From NCBI RefSeq assembly GCF_009914755.1, contig NC_060935.1: DNA of 64,000 nucleotides, one strand, 5' to 3'. Position 1 is the stretch's first letter. Every line of letters starts with the position of its first letter. The stretch is from the human T2T-CHM13v2.0 reference genome, Homo sapiens. Below, one piece after another: positions 46,886 through 61,347 of the stretch. A program made the translations under genes and the position numbers. The notes under the pieces were generated by a model, which made no database searches, had not been told where the DNA came from, and was given only the letters and a program-made list of their open reading frames with translations.

Positions 46886-47051
46886 AACCTTACCAGTGCT
46901 ATTTGGAGAGTATCCTCAATTTACAGGCACTAAAACTCATCCTGTGATTATGGTTTAAAGTGCAGCAATTATTGTATGTATTTCAGGATCTCTGAACACA
47001 CATCCGAGAGCTTCTTGTGCTGCTTTATCCTGTGAGTGAAATTAACATTTG

Positions 47052-47144
47052 AACATAGTCCTTGACTCATTTAACATCTAGTCCTTGACTCATGAGAACA
47101 TCTAGTTTTCGACTCATGGGAACATCTAGTCCTTGACTCATTTG
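47052..47144. repeat. Four-copy 21-24 bp tandem repeat carrying TGACTCA
   Basis: Consensus aacatctagtccttgactcat(nnn). Confidence 0.92.
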
Positions 47145-49003
47145 AGAGTATAGTTTTTCTAGAAAATTAGAAATATATATATCTGTATGTGTCCATATGA
47201 GATATGATGTTCTAGGAGTGGTTAGTCATAGAGGTGGTACTGTGAAGATAAGGCCTTTCTGACAGTCATTTTGGAAAGTGGACTGTGGAGCTGAGCTGAG
47301 GTTACATTGTAAAGAGAGAACTTCTCCCTGGCACCACCTTTGCCTCACACTCCTGGATACCAAAGGCAGACCACAGTGTTGTTCACCAGGTTTAGACTGT
47401 ATCTGAAGCTCTTTCCCCAGATGTACCCTCTTTTCTCTCCTAAACCTTGAAGCTCCCTCTAAACTTTTTCTACCCCTCCTATCTACTTTTTTGGGACCTT
47501 TTTCTCTGAAAGGCAACAGTTGGTGGTAATGGTTTCACAGGAGGAGGAGAGCTGACCTTTCACGTCTAGTATGCTCTGGCATTTTACATTCTTATTCTCA
47601 TTTAATCCTCACAGCATCCTATCTGGGTAGGTGGATTATCACTACATTTATAGATATGGAAAAAATAACTTTCCTAGAGGACTTGAAGCTTGAAAGTGAT
47701 AAAACTGGTAATTAGCTGTAGTTCTCATAACTTCATAGGTTGTACTCTTCCATGAAGCTGTAATAATGGGGATTGTTACTGTTATTACTGTTACTACTGC
47801 TTGCCTCTAGTTTTTATGTTAGCAAGCTAAGAGAATGCTTTGCCTAAGGTGCACATGTATGTATGGTCTCAAGGTATGAATGGAGTGAGCTTATTTTAAC
47901 ACATTGGGCCTTTACAGCAACCTGCTGACTAAGTGTATTTATCATTTTCACTTTACAGATGGGGAAACTAAGGCTCACAAAGACTGATCCAAAGTCACAA
48001 ATCCAGTCAATCTGTCTGGCAGTAGAGACTTGATCCAGTCTTTCTTGAGCCATCTCTTAAAGCTCACTGTGCATGCAATGCTGTGCTCCAGCTGGGTGGA
48101 GAGCCAGTTCCTGTCACTGAGACAGGCTCTTCAGTCAGGAGTATGTAGCAACATAAGACAGCATGAGTATAACTTAACAAGATAATAGGTATTTGTTTCT
48201 TCGGTAAGAATATGAGACTATAAAGGCTTAGCAAAAGGGTATGAACTTGCATTTGTAACAATACTTACTAAATTTTTTAATGCATGTTGAAGGCATCTAA
48301 GTAGTGTTTCCAGAGTGCATTCTCTGTATCAAAACTGTAGAGTCAGTATGGCTAAGATCATAAGGAGAAGGCCATTAACTGTTTTGAACTATAATGCCAC
48401 TGCGATCCATAAATTAGTAAATAAGTGATGGTGATAGGTGGCTTGTGGCTGGGCTATGTGGCCATCATATGTTAATGAGCTATTCAGATGGTTATCTGCC
48501 TAAAACAGGATATGTGGACCAACACTTAGAGGGTTGTTACTTAGGAAACACTGCACTCAGTTGCCTTCAAGGGTTATATATCTGGGGTAATGGCAGCCAG
48601 TCACTCAGTTGTGTTTAGGTAAATGTCTTAGAGCTTTACTCATTTGTTTCTTTCCTTATAGACCATTTAAGATAAAGAGCTCTTTAGCAGTCATCAGGTA
48701 ATTGAAATTCTAAGATTATCAAATACTAGTTGGGTTGTCCACTTTAAGGCTGATTTTCTTTCACATGATATAAAGTATTTTTCCAGTCTCTCACTTACTC
48801 GCTTTGGGAAGAAAACTTGATTCATTTACACATTCATTCAGCAACATTCCTTGAGTACTATTTGCTAGTCATTGTGCTAATGCCAGGGAAACATCACAAG
48901 ATAAGATGCCATCCCAGTCCTCACAGTAAATAGTAGTGATATTGTTAATATAGCATATTAGAAAATTTATTACAGAGAAATGCAGTATAGTTTGAGAGCA
49001 TAG

Positions 49004-49288
<285 letters not shown>

Positions 49289-49600
49289 TAATTACTCAGA
49301 GCATCTTGAAATGGATCCCTAGGAAAGAATTTCTAAGGATAGGTGTTGTCATCCTAATATCAGCAGTAATTTAAAGTTAAGTAGTAATCAAAATTATCAG
49401 ATTCAAATTCTTTGGTATTTATTATAAGATACTTATTGTAGTAGTCAGGGTTTTGGATTTTTTTCAAATTCTGAGAAAATAATAAATCCAGACAGGAATT
49501 TTTCAGTCCATATGATTTCAAGAGCCCTGGGGATGTTCAGGAAAACAAAGAGTGTTTGACGTTCTTGGTAGAAAAGTCTCTGCATTGTTTTCTTCCCTAG

Positions 49601-49789
<189 letters not shown>

Positions 49790-50254
49790 TAAAAGCTTCT
49801 TTTTTTCTAAGAGTTTGGGTGCCAAATAAAGTGACTGAGCTGTAGGTTAAAAGCTATAGAAAGAAGCAACCTCCTTTATGTAGGCGAGACAGGTTCCAGC
49901 CTTCTACTTGTAACTAAACACACAGCATTTCCCAGATTAAGAGCAGCATGTCTTCTCATTCATTCTGGGTCTATAAATGTCCCAGGTTTATTTTAGATTT
50001 AACGAAGCCCTTTGTAGATACAGATTCACAACCATTTTACTCCAATATGAAATGAACTTTATAAAATTAAAATTTTTTTAATTAAATAAAAAGCCAAACT
50101 GGCAAAACTCTGCTAAATTCAGATGATATGCCATAATCCCTGCCTGTCGTGTATTGAGCTGTTACCTAGATAGCAGTTAAGTTTACCCCTTAGTTTCATT
50201 TTGGTTATCATTCTTAACTCTGTTCTTTCTACTAAGAGTAGAAATAATAACTCT

Positions 50255-50790
50255 TCATAGTTAAGAGCATGGACTGTGAAGGCAGACTACCAGACTGCCT
50301 GGTTTTAATCCTGAGTCCACTGGTTACTGGCCATATGACTTTCACAAGTTTTGTCTCCTCTCTATCTGCTTCAATTTCCCCATCTATAAAATGGAAATAA
50401 CAATAGCACCTACCGCACGGGTGTTGTAAGGTTTAATTAAATTAATCTGTCAGTCAGGTGCAGTGGTTTATACCTGTAAGTCCAGTGGTCTGGGAGGCTG
50501 AGGCGGGAGGATCTCTTAAGGCCAGGAGTTGGAGACCAGCCTGCACAATATTGCAAGACCCTGTCTCTACAAAAAAGTTTTTTTTCAATTAGCCGGGTGT
50601 GGTGGCATGCACCTGTAGTCCTAGCTACTCAGGAAGCTGAGGCAGAAGGATTGCTTACAGTGAGCTGTGATTGCATTACTGCACTCCATCCTGGGCAAGA
50701 GACTGAGACCCTGTCTCCAATAATAATATAATAAATAGGCATAATCTGTGTAAAGCACTTAGCACAGCGCCTGCCATATAGTGACAGGAG
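50255..50790 (+). mobile_element. MIR interrupted by AluJ (50452-50737)
   Basis: MIR core ttcaatttccccatctataaaatggaaata, resuming at taaagcacttagcacagcgcctg; Alu TSD taatctgt. Confidence 0.8.
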
Positions 50791-51355
50791 GTTACCTTAT
50801 GTGTGAGTGAAGAGCATCATGTCAGCTCAGAGAATATGCTAGTGCTCAAAGTTGCAGCAGTGCGGTTTTCTTGGTGTAGTCAGAAGTAAGTAATATTTTA
50901 TGTACACTTTTCTCAGCTACAGTGATGTGGAGGAGAGCAGCAGCCCGTTGGAGAGCTCTTTGCCTCGCTTACGTAGCCTTAGTATATCAGCATTAGATAT
51001 GACTGAGGATCGATTTATTATTTGCTTGTTCTAGGAATGAGGCTTATTTCTTTCCTTTAGTGGAAACCAAAGTCTGTTTGTTTCTAGATATTTTCAGTTG
51101 TGAAATTCAGTAGAAAGTTTCCTTTAGCCCAGAATCTGATAGACCTACACCCTCCTGTTTTTCTTAGGTATTTGTTCACCATGTGAACTTGAGAAATATA
51201 AGTAGCCTGCATGTGTTCATTTATTCATTTGACCTTCTGCTTTCCAGTAGAGGATACAAAGATTAACACCCTTGTACAAAGTCACATGAGTCAAGCAAAT
51301 AACCCTGAAGTGCAAGGTGATTCTTGTGACTTTTGTAACATTGTGTTTTCTATAG

Positions 51356-51576
51356 ATTGCGAGCACCTTATCCGAAGGATGTTGGTCCTAGACCCATCCA
51401 AACGGCTAACCATAGCCCAAATCAAGGAGCATAAATGGATGCTCATAGAAGTTCCTGTCCAGAGACCTGTTCTCTATCCACAAGAGCAAGAAAATGAGCC
51501 ATCCATCGGGGAGTTTAATGAGCAGGTTCTGCGACTGATGCACAGCCTTGGAATAGATCAGCAGAAAACCATTGAG
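51356..51576 (+). CDS. SIK2: SIK2 coding exon (inferred exon 7), end of kinase domain and start of UBA
   Basis: ttttctatag| acceptor; (D)[29 protein letters not shown]...GIDQQKTIE; 221 nt, phase 1-0; donor GAG|gtaaag. Confidence 0.97.
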
Positions 51577-53139
51577 GTAAAGTGATCAGAGATTTCGGGG
51601 TTCTACTGCACTTAGCTACTTGAAATTTCATGCTCACACCTGTCATCCTGGTCTTTTAGCACATGTATCTCCAGCGCCTAGGCGTACTGTTCAGTGTTCC
51701 CTATAGATGACATCAGACTCTATTTATATTTGCTTTTATTCAGCATCTTAAATTCCTTTCTTTGCCCCCATCTGCCAAAACATTCAAGAGGAGGCATTTA
51801 TAAAAGACTCAGAAAAGGCAAAGATGGAAGCTTAACAAATACAAGGTAGAAAGTTTCTTCCAAGATGAAGCATGAAGTTTTACATAGGTATTTAACTAGT
51901 TTGTATGGAATGTAAATGTGCAGATAGGCAAAGGGCCAAGCAGGAAACAAGAAGGGTAGGTATCAGGTTTAAGAAAGCCAGGGGATTTAGATTGTGAACT
52001 GGAGAAACTAAGAAGGCAAAAACAGGTGGGCTCCTGATTTGGAAGTATTAGGGGTCATAGAACTGTGAAGGGTCATGAACCTGGAAAATTCCTCTTGGCT
52101 TTTATTTCTGTCCTCGAATAGTTAGCATACTTATAGGATATACGTATTTCTAATACCTTTACGATAGTAAAAAAGCAAACAGTGCTCTTCAGGAAGAAAC
52201 ATAACAAGAAAGAATATCAAATGCCGCCTTGTTTGCTGTGAAAGACCAAGGCTCCGGGCTGTGCTGCCTTTCCCCCGCCACGTAGCCATAAGTGAAACCA
52301 AACTGATTCTCCTGCTTTGCTCACTTTGCGCCCAGTGATGTTTTTCTGTACTTGTCCATGAAGTGCATCCTGAGCAGTAGCTGGGCGTGTGATTCCACTG
52401 ACCTGTGATTTTTGCTGAGAGTGCTCTGCATCCTGGTGCCCTGCACAGCACCCATGCCGACTGTCAGGTGGAATTAGAACCCAAAGGAGCAGTTGTTTCT
52501 CTGTTCCCTCAATATCTGGGAAAGCTGGCAGGCTAGAGATGTGAACATTTGGGAAGCAACTTTATTTTCAAGGTTTTAAGAGGGTGGGACTGCAAAAACA
52601 AGAGGAAAAAATTACCTAAGAACGGAGACATAGTGTCTCTCAATTTAGCATCCAGATGCCATTCTCCAGCCCAAAATAATCAACAGAAAGTTCTCCACAT
52701 ACTTTAACCATTCACTTCAGAGTTTTCAGTGGTTCAGATTTGTGTTGAAGCCATGGAATTAGAGCCTCGGGCTCAGGTTGCTAACTGACCTTACACCACC
52801 GTTACAGCTATGAGATGGGGCCATATGGCAGCATTGGGGAATGTCTACATGAGACAATGATGGCATTTTCTCTGACTGGAGAAAAATAAATGGATCTTGT
52901 TAATGTTAAAGGGCTGGTAAACCCATTTAAAGGGATCATCCTTTATATAATTAATACTAGAGACTTGAAGTTTTCTGCCTTCCAGTCACATTTTTGGAGC
53001 AGCTTTCATCTTGAGACACTTTGTTTTTCACCCTATTTTTAAGAGCACACAATTTCTTTCCTCTTTTTTTTTAGGCATGTGTAGATCATTGCATTGGTCT
53101 TTACAGTTCTTTGCCTTTACCACTTGTTTTTTATTTCAG

Positions 53140-53292
53140 TCTTTGCAGAACAAGAGCTATAACCACTTTGCTGCCATTTATTTCTTGTTGGTGGAGCGCC
53201 TGAAATCACATCGGAGCAGTTTCCCAGTGGAGCAGAGACTTGATGGCCGCCAGCGTCGGCCTAGCACCATTGCTGAGCAAACAGTTGCCAAG
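53140..53292 (+). CDS. SIK2: SIK2 coding exon (inferred exon 8), end of UBA and PKA sites S343/S358
   Basis: ttttttatttcag| acceptor; [51 protein letters not shown]; 153 nt, phase 0-0; donor AAG|gtaatg. Confidence 0.97.
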
Positions 53293-53539
53293 GTAATGCC
53301 CCCTTAGCTGAGAGTCTTATCTGTGCATGTGCCTGTTCACATGTTTGATACATTTTTCATCTTATACACAGGGTTAGGATTTCATCCTCTACACTCCGTT
53401 TTTCTGTAAAATTTCTGCCTGCCATTCACTAGATTCTCAAATGTTTTAGCACTTCCTCATTTTTAAGGGTTAACTTTATTTCAAACAGTTTTTTAAAATT
53501 GTTTTCATCATTCACAATGTTGAGAATTACTATCACTAG

Positions 53540-54600
53540 CCTTTACATTCAATTCCATTTAACAAATTTTTATTACAGATTTACCACGTGCGAGCTTCTA
53601 TTCTTAGGCACTGTTGGGGGTAAGATATATAAACTACAGTCACTGCCCTCAGAGACATCGCGCTATAAAAATGAAATAAGACAAGATCATAAACAACCAT
53701 CATTCAAAATAGGGAAAGATGAGAGCTGTAGCAGAGCAGGGACAGGGGAGAGAGGGGCACATCTGAACAGGGGGAATGGCATGTAAGACACATCTTCACA
53801 GATGGGGAGGACTTGGTCAGTGGTGAGTTGAAGCATTATTGTGAAGAGTTTTGAATGCCAAGGTAAAGAGTTTACTTACAATTCAAGAAGCAACAAGGAC
53901 CTACTGAAGGCTGCTAAGCTGAAAAATGATAAAATTCTATCGATGCTTTAAGCTAATTAATCTGGTAGCATTATGAAGGATGGGTCAGATAGAGAAAAGA
54001 AGAAATTTGGAGAGAGCAGTTAGGAGAGTGTTACAGTAGAGATGAGAAATACCGAAGGCTTAAACTCATATGGCACTGTTGGAAGTAGAAAAGAAGGGGC
54101 AAGTATAAGAACCATCTTAGAGGTAGACTCTGTATGAAGTTAGCAATGGTTCGGAGAGGCAGCTCAGTGTGGTGGTTAGAAGCAGGGACTCTGGAGCAAA
54201 TCCCAATTCTGCCACTTCCTGCTATGTGACATTTTAAGTTTCTTAAGGTCTTTTTGTGCCTTGGTTTCCCAAGTGTGTAATGGGGATAATAATAGAATGC
54301 TATGACAATTAAATTAGTTAATATCTGTGAAATAGTTAATATTTGTGAAATACTATATGCCTGGCACATAGTAAGTGCTATGTAAGTACTTGTTATATAA
54401 AGTAATAAATAATTGCTGGGGAGGAAGGGACAATATGACTTAGAGATGACTCTGTTCTTGAGCCAGAGCCTGAGAAGATAGGGGTGGCATTAACTCAGTT
54501 GCTCAGGAGGAAGATGTGGATCTTGATCCAAGGAGAGAGGCTGAGGCTAGAAATTTGGGAATCATCCAGAGGTTGAGATGAATGGTTGGTTAGTATGCTC
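53540..54600 (-). mobile_element. L2 fragments with nested MIR (~54155-54410, +)
   Basis: cattcaattccatttaacaaattttta; ttttgaatgccaaggtaaagagttt; MIR end gcctggcacatagtaagtgct. Confidence 0.55.
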
Positions 54601-54832
54601 CATTGACTTTCCTGTCTACTTCTGTAACTGACTTTGTTCAAAACAAAAATAAGGGCAGGAGAGTTTTGACTTTGTATTTCTTTGGCAGTTTTACAAAATT
54701 TACAGGATTATAATAAAATTTTGCATTGGCATCTACAGAGTATGTTTTAAAAAAGGGAATTAAATCTTCTTGATTTTAGTAGATAAATGGTATATTTTGT
54801 TATACGTACTTTATATATAAAATAAGAGTATT

Positions 54833-55379
<547 letters not shown>

Positions 55380-56251
55380 TTATTCTTCTTAAACATTACG
55401 CAAGTGAGGGAGTGGTGAGGGGTTATATAAACAGTTGTTCCTGAGCACGTGCATGTGTTATTGTACACGATATCCTTTCATGTCTAGACTATGAGCAAAT
55501 TCCCCGGCATATCTCAAATTATATTTAATTTGGCTTAGGGTTCAGATACATAAACGTGACTTCTTATGTTCGATAATTTTTTAAATTACCAAGCACTCTG
55601 TGTCCTTTTTACTTTATGCATTGACCCAAGTCTCAATGGAACCTGCTTAGTGTAACTGAAAATGCTTCTACTTCAAATGGAGTCTTCAATGCTCATTCAC
55701 ATGCTTGCCTGAGAGCCTTCTGGATGCTGAGCAACAGGCCCCCTCCTCTCAGAGATTTCACATTTTGAGTTTTAGTGTTGAATTTGTTAAAAAATAGACT
55801 TCTGTTTTTATGGATATAAATGTGCCTAAAGTTTTAGTAAAGGCTTCTCACTTTAATTCCTTGATGTTCTAATTTTTTTAAAAGAAGTGGCAAATCACTT
55901 GTTTCTTGATATAGTAGCAAAAAAATTGAGGAAACAACATGATCCAGTCAATACAAAGATAACGTGAGCTGTGGAATCATGCAGACCTTGGGTTCCACAC
56001 ACCAAGCTGAGTGACTTCGGGCAAGTCAGCGTCTCTGAGTTCCTGTGCCCTTAAATACAGAGTGGGAACAGCAATACGTACTTCATTAGATTGCTACCAA
56101 GATACAGTTAGTTAACCTGTACCGGGAGTTTAGTTAAACAAATAGAGCACTGACATGCCAGGCACAGTCCTAGCCACTGTGGCTTCAGAAGTACCCTGGA
56201 AACAGTTGCTCCCCTTAAGAAGTTCATAGCCTAGTTACAAAATACCCATTA

Positions 56252-56569
<318 letters not shown>

Positions 56570-56747
56570 TCATTATTATTATTTAGACAACAGTGGGATT
56601 CCCCTCTTAGATTTGGAGTGCTTATGTTTGCTGTATAACATGCAGGAAGTATTAGATCTAATTGAGTTGAGACTATTTAGAAAAAATACGTCATATTTTT
56701 TTCTCATACATTCTAACCACTAATTTTGGTGGGGTTTTGGGGGAGGT

Positions 56748-57062
56748 TTTGTTTTTGAGATGGGGTCTCGCTGTGTCACCAAGGCCAGAGGACAGTGGCA
56801 ATCACAGCTCACTTTAGCCTCAACCTCCTGGGCTCAGGCGATTCTCCCATCTCAGCTTCCCAAGTAGCTGGGACCACAAGTGCATGCCACCACGCCCAGC
56901 TAATTATTTTTTTATTTTTTTGTGGAGATAGGGTCTTGCAATGTTGCCTAGGCTGGTCTCAAACTCCTGGGCTCAAGTAATCCTCCTACCGTGACCTCCC
57001 AAAGTGTCGGGATTGCAGGACCTGATGAAGGTCACACAATTAGTGAGCCACCACACCTGGCC
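56748..57062 (-). mobile_element. Alu (AluJ) with a 23-nt non-Alu insertion
   Basis: Reverse-complement dimer; flanking repeat taaccact; insert at 57020-57042. Confidence 0.9.
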
Positions 57063-57182
57063 TAACCACTTGTTTTTAACAGTCCTTCCACTGCAAGTTT
57101 CCATCAGCTGGAAACAAACAAGAATGAAACAATCACCTCCAATTCTTTAATTACTGTTTAGAGGTTGCCCTTCACAACAGGT

Positions 57183-57564
57183 TGTGCCTGTTTGCTAGGG
57201 CTGCCGTAACGAAATACCACAGACCTAGTGGCTTAAACAACGGAAATTATTTTCTCACAGTTCGGGAGGCCGGAAATCAGGATGAGGGTGCCATGAGGGT
57301 TGCTACCTGGTGAGGCCTATCTTCTTGGCTTGTAGCTGGCTGTCTTTTCACTGGCTTTTTTCTCTGCGCAAGTGTGGAGAGAAAGATCTCTGGTGTCTCT
57401 CCCTCCTCTTATAAGGATACCCGCTGTGTGGGATCAGGGCCCCAACCTCAGGACCTCATTTAACCTTAATTACCTTCTTCAAGGCCCTGTCTCCAGATAT
57501 AGCCACATTAGTGGTGAGGGGCTCAACTTGTGAATTTTGGCAGGACACAATTCAGGTCATAACA
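57183..57564 (-). mobile_element. MLT1A-like solo LTR (ERVL-MaLR)
   Basis: gctagggctgccgtaacgaaataccacagac...ctcatttaaccttaattacc...ggacacaattcaggtcataaca. Confidence 0.88.
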
Positions 57565-58789
57565 AGTATTTGCCTATTGGAATAGCAACGATTTTCCCAT
57601 AGGAAAGAACGTTATTTTCATTTTAATGGTTCTGGAGAGCACAAAGTCCAAAGAAGAGATTCAAAGCACTAAACATGTGGTCTAAAGAGTGATCACAATT
57701 TGTTGGACATAATCATTGCGTATTGACACTCTTAAAGAATATCTTGATAATATCTGCTTCCTTGGGATATTGACCATCTATTTATTTAATATTTGCTAAT
57801 CAACTGTGTAATGCTGAGCATGCTGTCTGTATATTTATACCCTCTCTTGTTCCAAAAAGACTCCTTTGGTCCCCTCAGTGATCACAAGACTCCTAAAACC
57901 CACCATATTTCCTAGGAAGTGATTGTCACAACAAAAAGCGTTATTCCTTGATCCTGTCTGTTATTCCTCTAACCGAGTTCACAGTCAGTTGTAGTAGTCC
58001 AGGTCGGATGTGAACACTGTCAAGGACTATGTGCTACGCTTGGTCTGGCACAGCACCGTCTGGCCATTTAAAGCGTCCGAGCTAGTGAGAGTCAGGGACG
58101 GAGCAGTGTGTCGTAGTTAGGGCATGGGCATCTCATTTCCATATAGCACCCCCAGTCATGCGTTGCCCTAATAATTCAGACTACCTTCATAGAGAAGGAG
58201 CAGTCTAATAAAGTTGGGAAGTAGAAATCAATTCTTCAGTTTTATCCTTTGATTGAAAAGCTATTGATGGGGGTAAGAAGAATGTAGCAAATATACTTTA
58301 GTGGGAAGTGTAAATTTTACATATTGACTAGATAAAAATTTTACATAGTAGCTAGATAATTTAAAAGCCTGATATTTGAAAAGAAAAAGTTGTTTAACAT
58401 CAGAAGTGGCACAGAATATAAGCTTGAGGAATGACAACACAAGGAAAGCTATTTCTTTATCACACTCTGAATGGTATGCAGTTGTTTACTTGTTTGTTTA
58501 TTTGTTTTGGGGCATCCATACCATTCTGACACTTTGCTAATGCTACTTTATCTTATACAGTATAGCCAGTGATATTAATATTGGAATATACCAAATATAA
58601 AGTATGTTGAAAATATATTCAGAGTATATTCAAATATAAAATATATTTCTAACATATCCCCCCATCCTTGAAAATCATCAATCCAAGATTCTAACTAGGA
58701 ACCGTTAGTATTTGAGAACGAGACTGCATTCATTTTGCAAACTAATTCTTACATTCTTGTGATCATTTGAAGGCTTTAGGAAGAAGGGG

Positions 58790-59005
58790 AAAGGAGGAAT
58801 TAATGTTACTGAGTTAAGGACATTGCATGTTACCTTTTACAGTCCTGACTTCACTGTGAAGTTGGCATTGTGCTCTCACAGTTGAAGAAGATAAGTTTCA
58901 GAGAGGTTAGGAAACCTGATTAAGGTCACACAATTTGTACGTGATGGAGACAGGAATCAAACTCAGGTCTTGGTAGAGGAGAAGCTAGAATCTCATACCA
59001 TTTTG
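58790..59005 (-). mobile_element. MIR
   Basis: cagagaggttaggaaacctgattaaggtcacacaa...ggaatcaaactcaggtct. Confidence 0.65.
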
Positions 59006-59227
59006 TCCCTTTGATTTGTTTGAGTTTAAAATTCACCATCCTGTATCCCTTGAAATAACTATAGCCGGAAAAATACAGGCTGTCCTTCTGCCTTTCATAG
59101 TCTAGTATGATGATTGTTTTCTCAGATGTGGTGCAGTGCCTGTTGTATTCAAAACACATCTAATAAATTATTCTGGTAGTTTTGAAGGGATGGTGATGAA
59201 AGGATCATTCAGCAGCTTCATCTTTAA

Positions 59228-59573
<346 letters not shown>

Positions 59574-60363
59574 TTAAATGATTTTTTAAAAGAAGCATTT
59601 GTAATGCTTGTTTCCCTAGAGTAGTTAACAAACGAGACGTGAGAACAGACTTCAAACCATCAGGAGCTTTCTATAGTGGGTTGACTTCAAAAACATAGCT
59701 TGCAGTAAGCGTAGCTTGCAGTAAGCTTCTCTCCTTCCACTGGGCCAGCAGGCTGAGTCCAGGCTGTGCATCTCCTTGAAGGAAGGAAGATGTTCCTGTC
59801 ACCCCATGTGACTGCTGCTTCTCTTTCTTCCTCTTCGCATACACCCTTACCAATAAATATTTACCATCTCACCTACACCAAAAAGGCGGGTAGGGCAGGC
59901 AGAGACACAGCACTGACTCCAGCGTCCCTTGTGTTGTAGTTACTTGTGGGTGTGTATATATCTGTCCCTGGTTTAATTTTGAGCTCCTAAGATTTTTCTA
60001 TTCTTTATCTGTCTGGGTATTATATTTAAAGAAAGAGACAAATATGTTTGTTGAATTGAACGAGGAACATTCTTGATTCCTCACAAAAGCTAGCTTTCTC
60101 GTCACCTGCGTGAAAGTCAAGCATCCCCTCATGAGGCAGAAATGAAATTCTGTACGACCTCTTTCAGAGTAACCGATTGCTGAGTCTGCTTCAGATCACT
60201 GTCTGCACCATGTATATATTTCACTAAATCTTTCTGGAGTTTCCAATAAATAAATATTCATTCTTTAATTGCCACAGGAAGAATTATTTTATTCTTAGAA
60301 CTTTGTGTATTTATAGAGAAGGTATTCATGTTCCCAAACTGTCTGTTCTTGCCATATTTACAG

Positions 60364-60528
60364 GCACAGACTGTGGGGCTCCCAGTGACCATGCATTCAC
60401 CGAACATGAGGCTGCTGCGATCTGCCCTCCTCCCCCAGGCATCCAACGTGGAGGCCTTTTCATTTCCAGCATCTGGCTGTCAGGCGGAAGCTGCATTCAT
60501 GGAAGAAGAGTGTGTGGACACTCCAAAG
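60364..60528 (+). CDS. SIK2: SIK2 coding exon (inferred exon 9)
   Basis: atatttacag| acceptor; [55 protein letters not shown]; 165 nt, phase 0-0; donor AAG|gtacgg. Confidence 0.95.
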
Positions 60529-61035
60529 GTACGGCTATGTTTGAGAGTCTCAGAACTGGCAGTTTGGCGAGAGATTTCAGTTTGGTCCACAAGTGTTGTA
60601 CTTTGGCTTTATTGAACTTTATCATTTCGTTAAGTCACTCAGGAGTGATGCTTTTGTGGAGAAAAACCTTAGAACAGTGTCCAGGCTCAACTCTTGTCAG
60701 TGTTTATCATTATGACCAGTATGACCATTACGTAATTTGTCAGACCTCGTGGACTTCTGAAAAGTCCTCCCTGTCTTTCTCGCTCACTAATTCCTTCTCT
60801 CTTCAAGTTTCCAGATCTCTCACAAGTGTTTGGTTTGTTTGTTTGTTTGTTTTTTCCCTAACAAATTAATGCTGAAAACAAAAAAATTAACTTTCATGCC
60901 AAATTGGGCTTTATTTGATTACTATTGCTGCTCTTCTGCATAGGTACCTCAGGTACAAAATGATGGGCCGTCTTTTGTGATCAGTTATACATGTGTTTTT
61001 GTCCAATTTGGAAATGTTTAAAAGTTAATGTGCTG

Positions 61036-61347
61036 GGCCAGGCACAGTGGCTCAAGCCTGTAATCCCAGCACTTTGGGAGGCCGAGGCGGGCAGATTGCC
61101 TGAGCTCAGGAGTTCCAGACCACCTTGGGCAACATGGTGAAACTCCATCTCTACTAAAATACAAAAAATTAGCCAGGCGTGGTGGTACACACCTGTAATC
61201 TGAGCTACTCAGGAGGCTGAGGCACGAGAATGTCTTGAGCCCAGGGGGCCGAGGTGGCAGTGAGCCGAGATCACAGCACCACACTCCAGCCTGGGTGACA
61301 GAGTGAGACTCCATCTCAAAAAATTAATAAATTAATAAAAATAAAAG
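61036..61347 (+). mobile_element. Alu (AluS)
   Basis: Dimer; degenerate TSD aaaagtta(a/g)t(g/a)tg. Confidence 0.92.

Noticed and set aside
47052-47144. Short repeat array as CRISPR-like
   Set aside because: Eukaryotic intron, directly tandem units, no unique spacers and no cas genes.
59696-59726. Direct repeat tagcttgcagtaagc x2 (also tctctcagaatctaag x2 near 17424-17461)
   Set aside because: Ordinary slippage-type microduplications.
60303-60869. 188-aa alternative-frame ORF overlapping exon 9
   Set aside because: Starts at a non-ATG codon in intron, crosses both splice sites and has no recognisable domain; most likely chance.
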